From NCBI RefSeq assembly GCF_006345805.1, contig NC_043003.1, positions 100,316,001-100,380,000 of the forward strand: a stretch of 64,000 bases of DNA, given 5' to 3'. This DNA is from Octopus sinensis (taxonomy: Eukaryota). The first letter of the stretch is position 1. Each line of letters begins with the position of its first letter. Positions 38,111-52,889 of this stretch are shown in pieces. Position numbers and translations under genes: made by a program. The notes beneath the pieces were generated by a model that saw nothing but the letters and a program-made list of their open reading frames with translations, was not told the DNA's origin and did not search any database.

Positions 38111-38928
38111 AAGAAGTCTACAATCTGCTGCCCATTCAAGTTGAAATTTCTCCACTTTGACGAGGATGTGGTGAATCATTTAATGATGTGGGGGAAGGGA
38201 ATTCCTGAGGGGTGGGGGGGAGTTGATTTTCCCATGTTTAAAATATCCATGAATGTCCATTTCAAATCAAGTTAGGTTAGAATCTTAGAAAAAATCTCTA
38301 AAGAATACTCGCACAAATGAAATCCAAAAAAATTTTCAGTCCAAAACAAACGCGAACTTTCAAATTATTAATTTTTGAAAAATAGATGTGAATGTTCTCA
38401 AGGATTTGAATCTCAGTTGAAAAAGCGTTTTTTATAATTCCATATTTCACTGTTAGATGTTGCAATATTTCGATTTATCCAATTGAAATATTGCAACAGC
38501 TGACAGTGAAATATAGAATTAAAAATATAGAATCTGCAATTCAAACTGTAAAGTCAAAGTACCAAAGATACAAAATATGAAGAATTTCCTACCTTTCTCT
38601 GAAATCATAAATGAAAAGGAAAAATAGTACCTTGCAAAATAAAATATCTTGATCACAAATTAGTTCAAACGAATGAACTGAGATGCTTAGTGACAGTGAG
38701 CAAACAATATCTGTATCCCTTTATATATACATAGATAGATACACATACATGCACACACATACACATACATGCATACACACACACAGAGACTTGTCTGTGT
38801 GTGTACGTGTGTGTGTGTGTGTGTGTGCACGCACGCATGCCTTGTTTTGGATACAGAAAGAATTTTATCTCCAGTTTTTATTGCCTTTGGCGGTCAAAGG
38901 CCACTGCTCTTGGTACAAAACTTAACGT

Positions 38929-38976
<48 letters not shown>

Positions 38977-39006
38977 ATATACATATATATATATTTAAAT
39001 ATTTGT

Positions 39007-39454
39007 TGTGCAAGAATTTTTATGTGAAGTCGTGTGTTGAAACAGATATTGTTATATTTCGGAATGGTCATATTGCCAGTTTAGCCGATAAAAACACACG
39101 CACTATATATTTGGTGTTATTTTGCTTCAGTGTTATTTATTTTTTACATTAATCTTAATCTTATTTCGGCCAGAAATATAACATAGATGCACATAGAGAT
39201 ATAAGCATGCGCAAATGAAAACATACAATAGAAATACAAAATGGCTGACGGTTAGTAAGGAGAGACACAAATAAGAAAGAAAAAAACAAAGGACCACTGA
39301 TGCGGTCACAGGAGTGTGATGAAAGAACTCTGGCCAAAATAAGATTAAGATTAATGTAAAAAATAAATAACCCTGAAGCAAAATAACACCAAATATATAG
39401 TGCGTGTGTTTTTATTGGCTAAACTGGCAAAATGACCATTCCGAGATATAACAA

Positions 39455-39457
<3 letters not shown>
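39007..39457. mobile_element. Fold-back/MITE-like element with 129-bp inverted arms
   Basis: 39046-39174 versus 39329-39457, 5 mismatches. A second, deleted copy lies at 63218-63433. Confidence 0.8.
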
Positions 39458-40680
<1,223 letters not shown>

Positions 40681-40878
40681 TCATCATTTAGCATCCGTTT
40701 TCCATGCTAGCATGGGTTGGACGGTTCAACTGGGGTCTGGGGAGCCCGAAGGCTGCACCAGGCCAGTCAGATCTGGCAGTGTTTCTACAGCTGGATGCCC
40801 TTCCTAACGCCAACCACTCCGAGAGTGTAGTGGGTGATTTTATGTGCCACCGACACAGGTGCCAGACGAGGCTGGCGA
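40681..40878 (-). mobile_element. RTE 3'-UTR fragment
   Basis: catcatttagcatccgttttccatgctagcatggg... is the reverse of the tail at 41650-41820. Confidence 0.85.
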
Positions 40879-40924
40879 ACATATATATATATACATATAT
40901 ATATATACATATATATATATATAC

Positions 40925-41037
<113 letters not shown>

Positions 41038-41044
41038 ATATACA

Positions 41045-41078
<34 letters not shown>

Positions 41079-41189
41079 CATATATATATATATTACATAT
41101 ATATATATACATATATATATATAATATATATAATATATATATATATATGGATGTGGTCATTTTTTTATTAAGAATCAAATCAAATCAAA

Positions 41190-41820
41190 TCAAAACAAAT
41201 CAAAATAGATGAACATCAATGGAATTTGTATCTTTGTGGTACCAGTGCTGGTGGCACGTGGCACATAAGAAAACCATCCGAATGTGGCCGTAGCCAGTAC
41301 CGCATCGACTGGCCTCCGTGCTGTGGGCACGTAACAAGCACCATCCGATCGTGGCCGTTTGCCAGCCTCATCTGGCACCTGTGTCGGTGGCACATAAAAA
41401 CACCATCCGAGCGTGGCCGTCTGCCAGCCTCGTCTGGCACCTGTGTCGGTGGCACATAAAAACACCATCCGAGCGTGGCCGTCTGCCAGCCTCGTCTGGC
41501 ACCTGTGTCGGTGGCACATAAAAAACACCATCCGAGCGTGGCCGTCTGCCAGCCTCGTCTGGCATCTGTGTCGGTGGCACATAAAAAACACCATCCGAGC
41601 GTGGCCGTTTGCCAGCCTCGTCTGGCACCTGTGTCGGTGGCACATAAAATCACCCACTACACTCTCGGAGTGGTTGGCGTTAGGAAGGGCATCCAGCTGT
41701 AGAAACACTGCCAGATCTGACTGGACTGGTGCAGCTTCCGGGCTCCCCAGACCCCAGTTGAACCGTCCAACCCATGCTAGCATGGAAAGCGGACGTTAAA
41801 TGATGATGATGATGATGATG
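41190..41820 (+). mobile_element. RTE 3'-UTR copy with about 6 tandem 62-63-bp units (41273-41650)
   Basis: Unit accatccgagcgtggccgtctgccagcctcgtctggcacctgtgtcggtggcacataaaaac; (ATG)n tail. Confidence 0.9.
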
Positions 41821-41872
41821 ATTCCAGATGTTTTTGACTTAGCTGTGTATAGCTGTATTTGTATATATGTAG

Positions 41873-42085
41873 ATCATCATCATCATCATCATCATCGTCG
41901 TTGTTTAACATCCGTTTTCCGTGCTAGCACAGGTTGGACGGTTCGACCGGGGTCTGGAAAGCCAGGAGGCTGCACCAGGCTCCAGTCTGATCTGGCAGTG
42001 TTTCTACAGCTGGATGCTCTTCCTAATGCCAACCACTCCATGAGTGTAGTGGGTGCTTTTTACGTGCCACTGGCACAGGTATCAC
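41873..42085 (-). mobile_element. RTE 3'-UTR fragment
   Basis: Same tail family, opposite orientation. Confidence 0.85.
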
Positions 42086-42088
42086 AAC

Positions 42089-42117
<29 letters not shown>

Positions 42118-42119
<2 letters not shown>

Positions 42120-43498
42120 GCTGAGTCACTATCAGAACTGGAGGACAAGTTTCAGGTGTGGAAGCAAGGATTAGAATCGAAGGGCCTTAGAATCAACCTA
42201 GCTAAAATCAAAGTCCTAATAAGTAGGAAGGTAGACAAATCACAAACGCCTTCAAGTAGATGGCCCTGCTCTATCTGTAGAAAAGGCGTAGGTAGAAACT
42301 CTATAAGATGCACCAAGTGTAAGCTATGGACACATAAGAGGTGCAGCAACGTCAAAGGAAGGTTAACTAGGAAGATAGTTTTGTATGTGGCAGATGCTCG
42401 GGAGCAATAAACACTGAAAATGCACAGAGACCAACTTCCGCCACATTCCAAGGAGAAAAACTAGAAATAGTTGATAGCTTCCATTATCTAGGTGACCAAG
42501 TTAGTTGCGGGGGCAGGTGTGTTGAAAGTGTAACTGCTAGAGTAAGAATAGCTTGGGCAAAGTTCGGAGAGCTATTACCTCTGCTGGTGACAAAAGGCCT
42601 CTCGCACAGAGTAAAAGGCAGACTGTATGACGCATGTGTATGAACAGCCATGCTACATGGCAGTGAAACATGGGCTGTGACTGCTGAGGATATGCATAAG
42701 CTCGCAAGAAATGAAGCCAGTATGCTCCAATGGATGTGTAATGTCAGTGTTCATACTCGACAGAGTGTAAGTACCTTGAGAGAAAAGTTGGACCTAAGAA
42801 GCATCAGTTGTGGTGTGCAAGAGAGACATTTGCGCTGGTATGGTCATGTGGCGAGAATGGATGAGAATAGTTTTGCGAAAAAGTGTCACACCCTAGCGGT
42901 TGAGGGAACCTGTGGAAGAGGAAAACCTGGGACAAGGTGGTGAAGCACGACCTTCGAACTTTATGTCTCACTGAGGAAATGACTAGAGACCGAGACCATT
43001 GGAAGTATGCTGTGCATGAGAAGACCCGGCAGGACAAGTGAGACCATAACCCGTGGCCTCTACCTGGGATGTAGCCAGTCCACTTATGCATACCTTTCCT
43101 TCTTGGGATACAAAACTCTACTTGTGAAGACCTGTTGAGGCAAGTGAAAATCAAAATCGAAATCGATTAACATCAATGGAAATTGTAGCAGTGATACCAG
43201 TGCTGGTGGCACATAAGAGAACCATCCGAACGTGGCTGTTGCCAGTGCTGCCCCGAATGGCCTCCGTGCCGGTGGCACGTAAAAAGCACCATCCAATCAT
43301 GGCCATTGCCAGCCTCGTCTGGCACGTAAAAAGCACCCACTACACTCACGGAGTGGTTGGTGTTAGGAAGGGCATCCAGCCGTAGAAACATTGCCATATC
43401 AGACTGGGCCTGGCGCAGCCTTCTGGCTTCCCAGACCCCAGTTGAACTGTCCAACCCATGCTAGCATGGAAAGCGGATGCTAAACGATGATTATGATA
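42118..43498 (+). mobile_element. 5'-truncated RTE LINE (RT C-terminus, PHD-like finger, 3' UTR)
   Basis: WKQGLESKGLRINLAKIKVL..WPCSICRKGVGRNSIRCTKCKLWTHKRCS..MLHGSETWA..LRWYGHVARM..GRGKP; tail ..ctaaacgatgattatgat. Confidence 0.92.
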
Positions 43499-43921
43499 TA
43501 TATGTTGAAGAGCGTAGGCTCAAAACGTATAAATCTTTCTCACCTTCCCAAGCATCAAACTAATACACCTGCTTGTTGTTTATACAACTGTTTATACACC
43601 TGTTTTTGTCTCTGTAAATTTCAACTATATATATAAATATTTTATAATTATATACACAATTATAACAAGGGGTTGGCTTTATACCTCACCATGCACTGTA
43701 AGAAATAGACAGTAAAGTCTTTTTACTACCTTAAAATCTCTGAGAGTAACACACTTTATTGTAGGCAAGCAAAAGAAAAATAATGAATCAATAAGACTGA
43801 TTAACTATGAATGCATTTCGAACTTAAAGTAAAAAGTAATTTTGCTTACTGTTTCCGCACTGGCTACCTGGTAAAATTATTATTGATTTTACGATTTTAC
43901 CCTTTATTATTAAAATACTAT

Positions 43922-43973
<52 letters not shown>

Positions 43974-45270
43974 GTTCTTGGACGAAAACTGTCTGCACAT
44001 TTTGCTTTGACAGTTAATGGCGGCCAAACCAAGGCTAGGATCAAGCTGAAAATTGGCAGGGATACTAAATGTGTGGTGAGGATGAGACCCTTGATGGTTA
44101 AAATTCACAAGCTATAAAGATGTGGTTGCTATGGCAAAAAGTGTGATTTTTTATCGATTCAAGAGGGGCCAGAGCCCCTCTAGATTTGTGTGATTGGCTT
44201 TTAATGCCCAGTGGCATGCACTGCAGGGTGTTGTGCTTATTAAACATACATTTTGTCGCGAAATTCCAGCTACTAGGAAACGATTTTTCGTTGTGAAAAA
44301 ACAAGTGCTTTTTGCCCTCATTTTCTTTTTAATCTTTTTATAAAAGTGAAAGGATTTCATCTATTTATTTCTGCTCTCCACTTACGACAATGATTCAGTT
44401 GACTAGGAAAATTATACGTGATGAATATCCAATACCAAACTATCTTAGTCTAGATATTGAAACTGCATTAAACTTTGGCAAGCTTACCTTTACCTATTCT
44501 GAGTTACTTGAAAGGTGATGTTTGTTCCCTTCCCTCTCTTCTGATTGTTGATACCTTTTTTTTTACCTTCAATACCGTTGTTGCACTTTAAGGATGCTTC
44601 TTTACCCAGCCATTATGATATTTCGACTGATGTCCATTGTTTCAAATAGGTTTTAGCATTGTCATTCAAGCATTTTTTAAACACTCACATATGATTCGTC
44701 CCAAAGAATCAACCTTTAAATAAGAGTTTTGCTTCCACTAGCAAAAGCTGTATGTATCTTTCAGGAAGCTCCATACCACTTTAACTTTATGCAGCATTCG
44801 CTGTTAGTTTATGTGCACGCTATGTGGGAAGATAGAATAAAGGGGCTTTTGTTAGCTTTTCTCTCTGAAAATAGCTCCCTTTGCTGTTGGAAAAAATAAA
44901 CTCACAGAGGGGAAGTTTCAACATCTTCCTTCAATTTCCTTACACCACACCATTTATGTGGCTGTTTCTGACAAGAAATTTTGCTTTCATGTAAAACAAC
45001 TATATTTTGTAGTTGTTATCCGTAATCTACTCCCAAAACACTTCAGTAGCTCTACTTTACATCACTTGCAAACTTATATATTCTATGATAATCAAAGTGC
45101 AATGATCTCCACAATAACCAGCCTTCAATTTGATTTTCTGTTCCAAGGTTAATCAGAAACAGATTGCCATGCTACACATAAACCTTCTCAGTAGTTCAAT
45201 TATTTGGTGAAAAAAATACCATGAAAGCAACTTAAACCATCCAAAGGATTGGTGCGTTTGCTAGTATATA

Positions 45271-45780
45271 TCTCTATATATATAAAACTGAGAATGTGTG
45301 TGTGTCTGTCTGTGTGTTTCCCTAAAACTTGAGAACTACACAACCAATTTCATTCAAATTTTACACATGCCTTACTTAGGGTCCATGTAGTTTCATGGGC
45401 AAAAAAATGTTCAACTTCTTGCCTAGAGCGAGCCCATAGCGATATCATATCTTCTCCACTATTTCAGTATTACGTGTTAAAAGTGAAACAAAAACATTTC
45501 TCTATTTTATGTCAGATACTTTCACTTTAACAATAAAAATAATAATAACAATTGAATTATATGTTGTAAGTAATAATTAAAATCAAACTAAAGTATAATA
45601 TAATCGTAACATAACAAAAGTAAAACTAGCAATTGGTATAAAATTGCATCAATGACTTGAACTTGAATAAGTGGTTTCACATGAATGGGAATAAATTAAA
45701 AATAAAACTAGCGTGCAGAAATGGAATAGTCCAGATGGAGCTGTACTTTTACATTAGATTATCTGCTAATTAACTAGCAT
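45271..45780 (+). mobile_element. Possible Helitron-associated non-autonomous element
   Basis: Starts A|TCTCTATATATATAAAAC then (GT)-rich sequence, like the other Helitron 5' ends. The 3' end is uncertain. Confidence 0.4.
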
Positions 45781-46139
45781 TAAGTATCTATATGAAGTTT
45801 AGCTGTATGTAATATCTGTTTTCTCGAACAGCCGGTTCTACAGAGTACTGCTGTTGGTTTATTTCTTATACATAAAGGACTAAAGCTTCAACTGCTTACT
45901 GCTTTCTGATTCATTGTAAGGTTTTTTTTGTCATTATTATTACTGTTTAACTATTGTTATCACGTTTGTTGGTCCCTCGTAAAGGAAACATTGTTGTGTT
46001 GCATTTGTTAAATAATTATAAACTGTAACCCTCCCCCTTTGGGAGAAGGAGCTTTGGTTATTGTTTAAAAATTGAATTGTGTCTCTGTTTGGGGAAATTG
46101 ATGATATTTTCACCATTTACACGGAAGCATTTTTGTTAG

Positions 46140-46660
46140 AATGCCTCCAATAGAAGAAAGTCCAAAAATGAATTTCGCTGCAGCCGTCGGTGGGCGCGAA
46201 CTCATTGAAATTAAAATGGAAGAAATATGGATTGATCACCGACAAAGATGGTGAATCTAGGATAACACCACCAAACGAAATAAAAAATTAAATTAAAGAA
46301 AAGACTACTGTCTATAAAGTATACAATGTAGAGAAAAAAAAGATTTGAAGACCTGGAGGAAAGCACCATCGAAAAGTGTCTTGGTGCGACTACGAAATAT
46401 ATCTAACTAGAGGCGGTAAATTCGCCACAATAGAAGCAAGGTTCGAGTCAACAGAGCGTGCAAGGGAGTACTCGACTCGAACCTTGCAAAGTAGAAATAT
46501 TTTATTTTTACCTTTATATCTGGGACATAGGACGTCCCGGATAAAAATTTTAAATGTTCCCCCAGAAGTAGAGGTAGGCTGGATTGTAGTCACACTTCTA
46601 TACAAGAGGGAGGACAAGATACAATTGATCGAAATTGCAAGAGACGGGCCTACAATTCCA
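46140..46660 (+). mobile_element. ORF1 relic of a second, divergent Tx1 family
   Basis: YLTRGGKFATIEARF..FLPLYLGHRTSRIKILNVPPEVEVGWIV aligns with YVTRGKRFGTMEVRF..LVPTYLGGRVTKIKIDIVPAELNISWLV. Confidence 0.75.
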
Positions 46661-46851
46661 GTCTGTTATATATTTTGAGTATTGTTATCACTAGCGATAT
46701 CAAAATATAACTTTGTATTTTGTATTTTATGTGTAGATGTATATATATATAGATGTACATGTAATATGTACACATATATATATACACATATATACATGCA
46801 CTAGCACTATGACCCGGCAACGATGGGTCATAATGCGAGTATATATATATA

Positions 46852-46889
<38 letters not shown>

Positions 46890-47012
46890 TCTAAACAAAA
46901 CTGTCCAATGAATGGGAACGTGAAACTCTAAGTAACAGTTTTTGTGATATTTTTGCTGCTTTTTAATAAAGTATATATATATATAATATATATATATATA
47001 ATATATATATAT

Positions 47013-47135
<123 letters not shown>

Positions 47136-47404
47136 TACATATACATAAATACAAACATACACAGCTAAATCAAAAACATCTGGAATCTTAGTAATATAAA
47201 AAAAAACGATTACATCCATACAACCATTCTCTCTCCCTTACATTAATGAATATGAAAGAATTAAAAAAGCAAGACTTGAAATGTAATTATAATTCTTATT
47301 GGAGAAAATAAAAACAAACATCTGGCCTTCCAATTAAAAAGCTTGAATACAAAATATTCTTTTCCTTCCCCACCTAAAGGTCACTAAAAAAGAAAAAAAC
47401 AACA

Positions 47405-47612
47405 TATTCTTTTCTACTTTGGGCACAAGGCTCGAAAATTTTGGGGAGGGGGCCAGTCGATTAGATTGACCCCAGTATGCAACTGGTGCTTAATTTATCA
47501 ACGCCGAAAGGATGAAAGGCAAAGTTGGCCCACTGCGGAATTTGAAATCAGAACATAAAGACAGACAAAATACTGCTAAGCATACTGCTAACGTTTCTGC
47601 CAGCTCACTGCT
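47405..47612 (-). mobile_element. SINE
   Basis: ggcacaaggctcgaaaattttgggg..aactggt..gaaaggatgaaaggcaaag..ggaatttgaa. Confidence 0.7.
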
Positions 47613-47863
47613 TCATCCTCCCTCTCAAACTTTTTACTTCTTTCTTTTCTCTTCCTCTGCAAACCACTAAAACACTCCTACTTTCTTTTTCCTTCTCTAT
47701 CTTTGCTATATCCCACTCTCTCCTTTTCTATCACCCCTGCACCTTCTATTCTAATTTATTCCTCTCTTTCCCTCCTCCCCATCTCCCTCTCATTTTCTAA
47801 AACACCATCACTTCCAATTTTATATAAAGAGGCCAAGCAAACTGACTATGCAAGTGTGTGTAT

Positions 47864-47965
47864 GTATGCATGTATGTATGTATGTATGTATGTATGTATG
47901 TATGTATGTATGTATGTATGTATGTATGTATGTATGTATGTATATATGTGTATGTATATATGTAT
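47864..47965. repeat. (TATG)n microsatellite
   Basis: Seen directly. Confidence 0.95.
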
Positions 47966-48168
47966 GTACAAACACACACCTTTCATCACCATTGCTTCTT
48001 CTTGTCACTGTTGTGATTGTTGATGTTTCTTAGTTTCATTTTATTTGATCTCTTTCGGTTTTACTTTTATCTCCCTAGGGAATTTGCTAAAAAGTTTATT
48101 TCATTTACTTTCTTGTTTCTGGGCCCTTAAACTCATGGATGTCAAGGCGCCACCCCAGCAGACTGTGT

Positions 48169-48206
<38 letters not shown>

Positions 48207-48779
48207 GGGCTGTGTCCTTATATATATATATATATATATAATATATATATATATATGAGTTTGTATGTGTGTTTGCAAATGCCACAACCAACGCTTGATA
48301 ATTCTATAGAAGCAACACAAAAAAAGTTGCAAAAATTTGATGAATGCCAGCCCTGTTAAATGGAGGAAAGAAAATCAGACAAGTTTTCATACTTGCATGG
48401 ATAGAATGAAACTAACAGCCTCTCCCTTCCTCCCAAAGCCTCCTTTTTTTCTCTACCCCAATCACACCCCACCCTTGGGTACCAACACCCACCTGGGTTG
48501 TCTCAATGCCCACCAGGGGGCAGTAGCACCCACTTTGAGAACCTTTGATTTAGGCCCTGATCAATTTGGATCTGTCAAAATTCAATTGGGTTGACCATTG
48601 TTACTTGAAAATCATCCTGAAATTGGGTGGGTTCAGATTCATTTTCAGAAGTAGGATTGCTGCAATGTACTGTGACACCTACTCAATGGTCAAAGTAAAC
48701 AGTCACTTCTCAAAACAGCTTCACCATGCATGGTCCGGTAGGACTGCCCATTTTCACCTCTTCTGTATATGTTAGCTCT

Positions 48780-50530
48780 TAAGCTGTTGCTGCAGAAGTT
48801 GTAACAGTTGAGTGGAATTCCTTTCTAAGTGGGACATGGGAGTGTCAGGTTGGCATACATGGATGATGTCACCATCATAGTGTTAAAGGTCTCCTAAGTG
48901 GAAACATTTAACACCTTTCTAAAGCAATACAAGATGGTGACAAGGACCAAGATCAACGTTAACAAATTGGTGAGCTTGCAACTGGGTCCTGGAAAGACAG
49001 ATCCATGCTCTTAGACAGCATTGTCGAATGTGGGCTGACAGACCAGTTAAACAGTTTAGGGTCTGATTTGGTCTCAACGTTCAGGGAGACAAGAACTGGG
49101 ATAAGATGACAAACAGAATGGTCAGTCTTATCTAGAAATCAGGAGAAAGAAAGTTGTCCCTGAAAGGACGAAAAGAGGTGGTGAATGTATATGTCGCTTC
49201 TGTTATTGTTTATCACCTGACCATGGTAACTTGTTCCACTACTGCCTGATCAGACTGGTGTCTGTTATTCAGATTTTTGTTGGAGGGACACAGGTCATAT
49301 TGGTCCATCTGCTGCCACCACCCTCTACATGGTGGCTTAAGCATGCCAAGGATGTTGGTTCTCAAACACATGCTCAGGCTGCACCACCTGCAATGATTCC
49401 CAAATAGTAAATATATGTGGGCAATGTTCATGAAACATGTCTTTCTGCCACTCTGCTCTTTTTTTTTTTTTTTTGGAGCTGCTGTCTGGGATGAAGTAAA
49501 GACCAAGACTAGTAATTGTCACCTAGCAGGTGAGGCCCTAGAGATTTTTCAAAGGAAGGGAATACAATTCCAGGAAAAAAGAGCATAATAGCATTATTTA
49601 GAAGGGTGCACTTATTTACTTGAAGGAAGCACATGCCTTGGGTTTGCCCCTACTTAGAATGTTATCAAGGGCTTACTGCTCTCTCTCAGTTGAGAAACAG
49701 GACTAGTGGATGTTCCACTCTAGCAATTTATAGAGCATTAGTGAAAGGAAGAGTGATGTTCTCATGAATGAAAATGAGATGTTTAGTTTGCTCCAGAGGA
49801 CTATCTAATTGGCAACCACCATGGATAAGCTCCAGAAGTCCTTGGCTTGACAGTGCTATTGAGGGTTGCTACCAGTTTGTGGTAAACTCTACAAGCATAG
49901 ATGGGCTTCTTTGAGATGCAGGCAAAGCGACAAACATTTTGCATGCACTCATTATGCAGTATGTCAAACGGTTGCTGTCACATGTGTACATGCCTATCAG
50001 CTGAATCCATAGGGGTGATTGTCACATCATCCTCCTTTATCTAAACAGAAAGGCAGTTTTGCCTTTATCTGGTGGCTACAGTGAAAGAGGTTGAGCGGTG
50101 AACAGGTTAAAAGTTATGAAGACAAAGACATTCCTCTTTGGTAGAGCCCTTATCAACTTTTCAAATTTCATTTGAAGAAGAAAGTGAGGGTGGAGAGGGA
50201 GGTGTATCCATAAGTGAATTTACTGAAAGGTGAGGCAAAGTCATGAAAATGTTAAGAGTAGATAGCACTACTCAGAGATCAGGAGGGCACTTGCTCTTGG
50301 TGGGGTTCCTTGAGTGGCCCTAGAGGTCCTCCTGTATCAGGAAGATCACATCACTATCATATTTTTTCCTACTGATTGATATCAAGTATACTTTTTTTCT
50401 TTTGTTAATATTGTATAACATATGTACTTGTATTTTTTTCTTATGATCCATTCTACATAAATCTCTGCACTTTATGTTTGTCTTTCTATTGACCTCCTCA
50501 TCCATTGCTCTCGTGGAAAATAAAAGAAAT
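48780..50530 (+). mobile_element. Decayed Tx1 ORF2 3' half and 3' UTR
   Basis: LAYMDDVTII at 48850-48879, colinear with 19790-21100. Ends aataaaagaaat(cat/att)n. Confidence 0.8.
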
Positions 50531-50924
50531 CATTATCATTGTTATTAGAATTGTTAGAACAAAATTGAACAAAATACTGTACTGTATTTATCCTGGTTCA
50601 TTGTAGGGCCTGTAGTAATAGCTGTTGTTTGATACCAGATCAGCTCTGAACATATGATCAAAGGCTTTCCAGATGTAGTGTATTTATAACTACATTAGCT
50701 AAATGTATCCTATTTTAAAAATAATTGGATGAAATTTGAAGGAGATTTAGCTGTTAATTCTAGCAGGTTGAATAACTGTAGAGCTTGTACTGTGCTAACG
50801 TGGATCAAATATGTGTGCACAATGGTATATAACAACTATTTTCAATTCTATTCATCAACGTTTACTTTATGTCTGAAACCCAATATCTTTAGGTCTTACC
50901 TCATCATTTCATCCTATGTCTTAC

Positions 50925-51039
50925 TTGGTTTTTCTGTGCTATAAATATCGTCCACTGTCAGTGTCCTACACATTTTCACCAAGCAGGTATAACAATAAAG
51001 GTTTGTTGGATGGCTGAGACTTTCTGGAAAGTTCAGGAC
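50925..51039 (-). CDS. Exon of unidentified - strand gene (phase 0 to 1)
   Basis: catctacag| acceptor and CAA|gtaaga donor. Open frame VLNFPESLSHPTNLYCYTCLVKMCRTLTVDDIYSTEKP, in phase with 59656-59778. Confidence 0.55.
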
Positions 51040-51109
51040 CTGTAGATGTATGTTCATGTTTATACATATATAAATAAACATATGTATGTATATATCTATC
51101 TATGCATAT

Positions 51110-51140
<31 letters not shown>

Positions 51141-51174
51141 TCAATATAAATGTGTGTGTGTGTATGTGTGTATC

Positions 51175-51565
51175 TTTTTATCTTTTACTTGTTTCAGTCC
51201 TTGACTGCAGCCATGCTGGGGCACTGCCACGAAGAATTTTTAGTTAAATGAATCATCCCCAGTATTTTTTAAGCCTGGTACTTTTTCTATCAACCTCTTT
51301 TGCCAAACTGCCAAGTTACAAGGATGTAAACACACCAACATCGGTTGTCAAGTAGTGGTGGGGGACAAACAAAGACGCAAAAACATACGCATGCACACCC
51401 ATGTGTGTATGACAAGATTCTTTCAGTTTCTGTCAACTAAATCCACTCACAAGGCTTTGATCAGCCCAATGCTATAGTAGAAGACTCTTTCTCAAGGTGC
51501 CACACAGTTTGACTGAATCCGAAACCATGTGGTTGGAAAGCAAACTTCTTACCACACAGCCACAA
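51175..51565 (-). mobile_element. Full-length tRNA-headed SINE
   Basis: On -: gtggctgtgtggtaagaag..ggtttcggattcag tRNA-like head, conserved body, simple-repeat tail. Confidence 0.8.
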
Positions 51566-52400
51566 TACATACTCACAGGTTTGTGATCTAGAATAGCTGT
51601 TAATGTGTAAATTAATGAAGCTGTTTACTGAAACGTAAGACCCGTGGAATTTTATGTGACTAGCAAGTGTTATTTTAATTTTGTTGTGCTGTTTTGTGTT
51701 GTTTATTTTCATTTTTTAGTTTTGGTATTTCTTTTCAGTTAATGCCAACCAGAACTATTTATCTTCTTGCTGATATTGGATATCTATCTCTTATTCTATC
51801 CTTGTAACTTTTGCATATACATATTTCATCCTATTTAATTAGATGCAAAAATGGCCATGTCGTTAAGGGTGTTGCTCTGTAGCCACATAGTTCTGAGTTC
51901 AATCTCACTGTGCAACATTTTAAGCAATTATCTTCTATGGTAGTCTTACAAAGAACAATGTTTTTAAGTGTAATTTAGTGTACAAAGGCCATTATGTGTG
52001 TGCATGCACATGTGTGTGTGTGTGTGTGTGTGTGCGCACACGTATATATTAACATTTATTCAGATGCACTTACATAGTGGTAAAAATCTCCAGTGATTTC
52101 AATAATGACCATTCTAGTTGTTCACCCCATTAAATTCCTATTCATGAAATTTTAATGTAAGTAGCTGAGTTTTTTCCATTGACATCTCACTCAATGCAAT
52201 TCTCTGGCCAAATCAATGTAACACAGTCAAACCATTGACTCCAGGCACAATCATAGAAAGGAGAATCAATCTCCATGCTACTACTCTCTTTCAAGAAAAT
52301 CCATTACTATATGTGTTTGTGTAAACCCATGGAAATAATAACTTTTATGGTATTTAACACTTTAGCATTTAAAATAGCCATATGCTATATGTTTTATGTT

Positions 52401-52889
52401 TGTAGCGAGGCACAAGAAGCCAGCGCCATTTTGAATGAAATCTTGCCAGTAGCTATTGCCATGTGTGAGACAAGAACAAGATCTCGCCTGCAACCATTTG
52501 CCATGTGTGAGACAACAACAAGATTCTCGCTGACAACCAGTATTTAAGCAAGAAACCCCGACATTCACTCTCTCACTCCTCTCATGCTCAACACTGAGAA
52601 ACACTGCAAAGCCAACAGCTCACAGCAGACTCTTGTCTCACTCTGACTCCACATGCTTATCTCCAGAGATAATGAACCTCACGTGTACGGAGTTAAAACA
52701 AATCACACGCTGCTATAAAGATGGTCAGTGAGAGCAAACCACACGAACGAGAACTCTGTGAATAAATGGCTATTGAACTGTACTCCACTTGTGAACTTCT
52801 TCGTGTTCCAGATCCTTGAAACTACAAAAATAATTATAATGGAAGAAGGAGATACTCCACAGGTATCATAAACCTTCCATTCCATTATA
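52401..52889 (+). repeat. 5' LTR (489 bp, contains a 42-bp internal tandem duplication)
   Basis: Starts TGTAGC and aligns with 57693-58139. Confidence 0.95.

Noticed and set aside
41273-41650. CRISPR-like regularly spaced repeats
   Set aside because: Head-to-tail units with no unique spacers, inside an RTE 3' UTR, eukaryotic context, no cas genes.
43505-43530. Hammerhead-like ttgaagagcgtaggctcaaaacgta; also actgatgaaggg at about 61714 and ctgatga..cgaaagtc on - at about 63735-63762
   Set aside because: Core boxes are mutated, or helices I and II cannot be formed convincingly.
44350-45200. Possible decayed transposase
   Set aside because: No conserved motif could be recovered in any frame.
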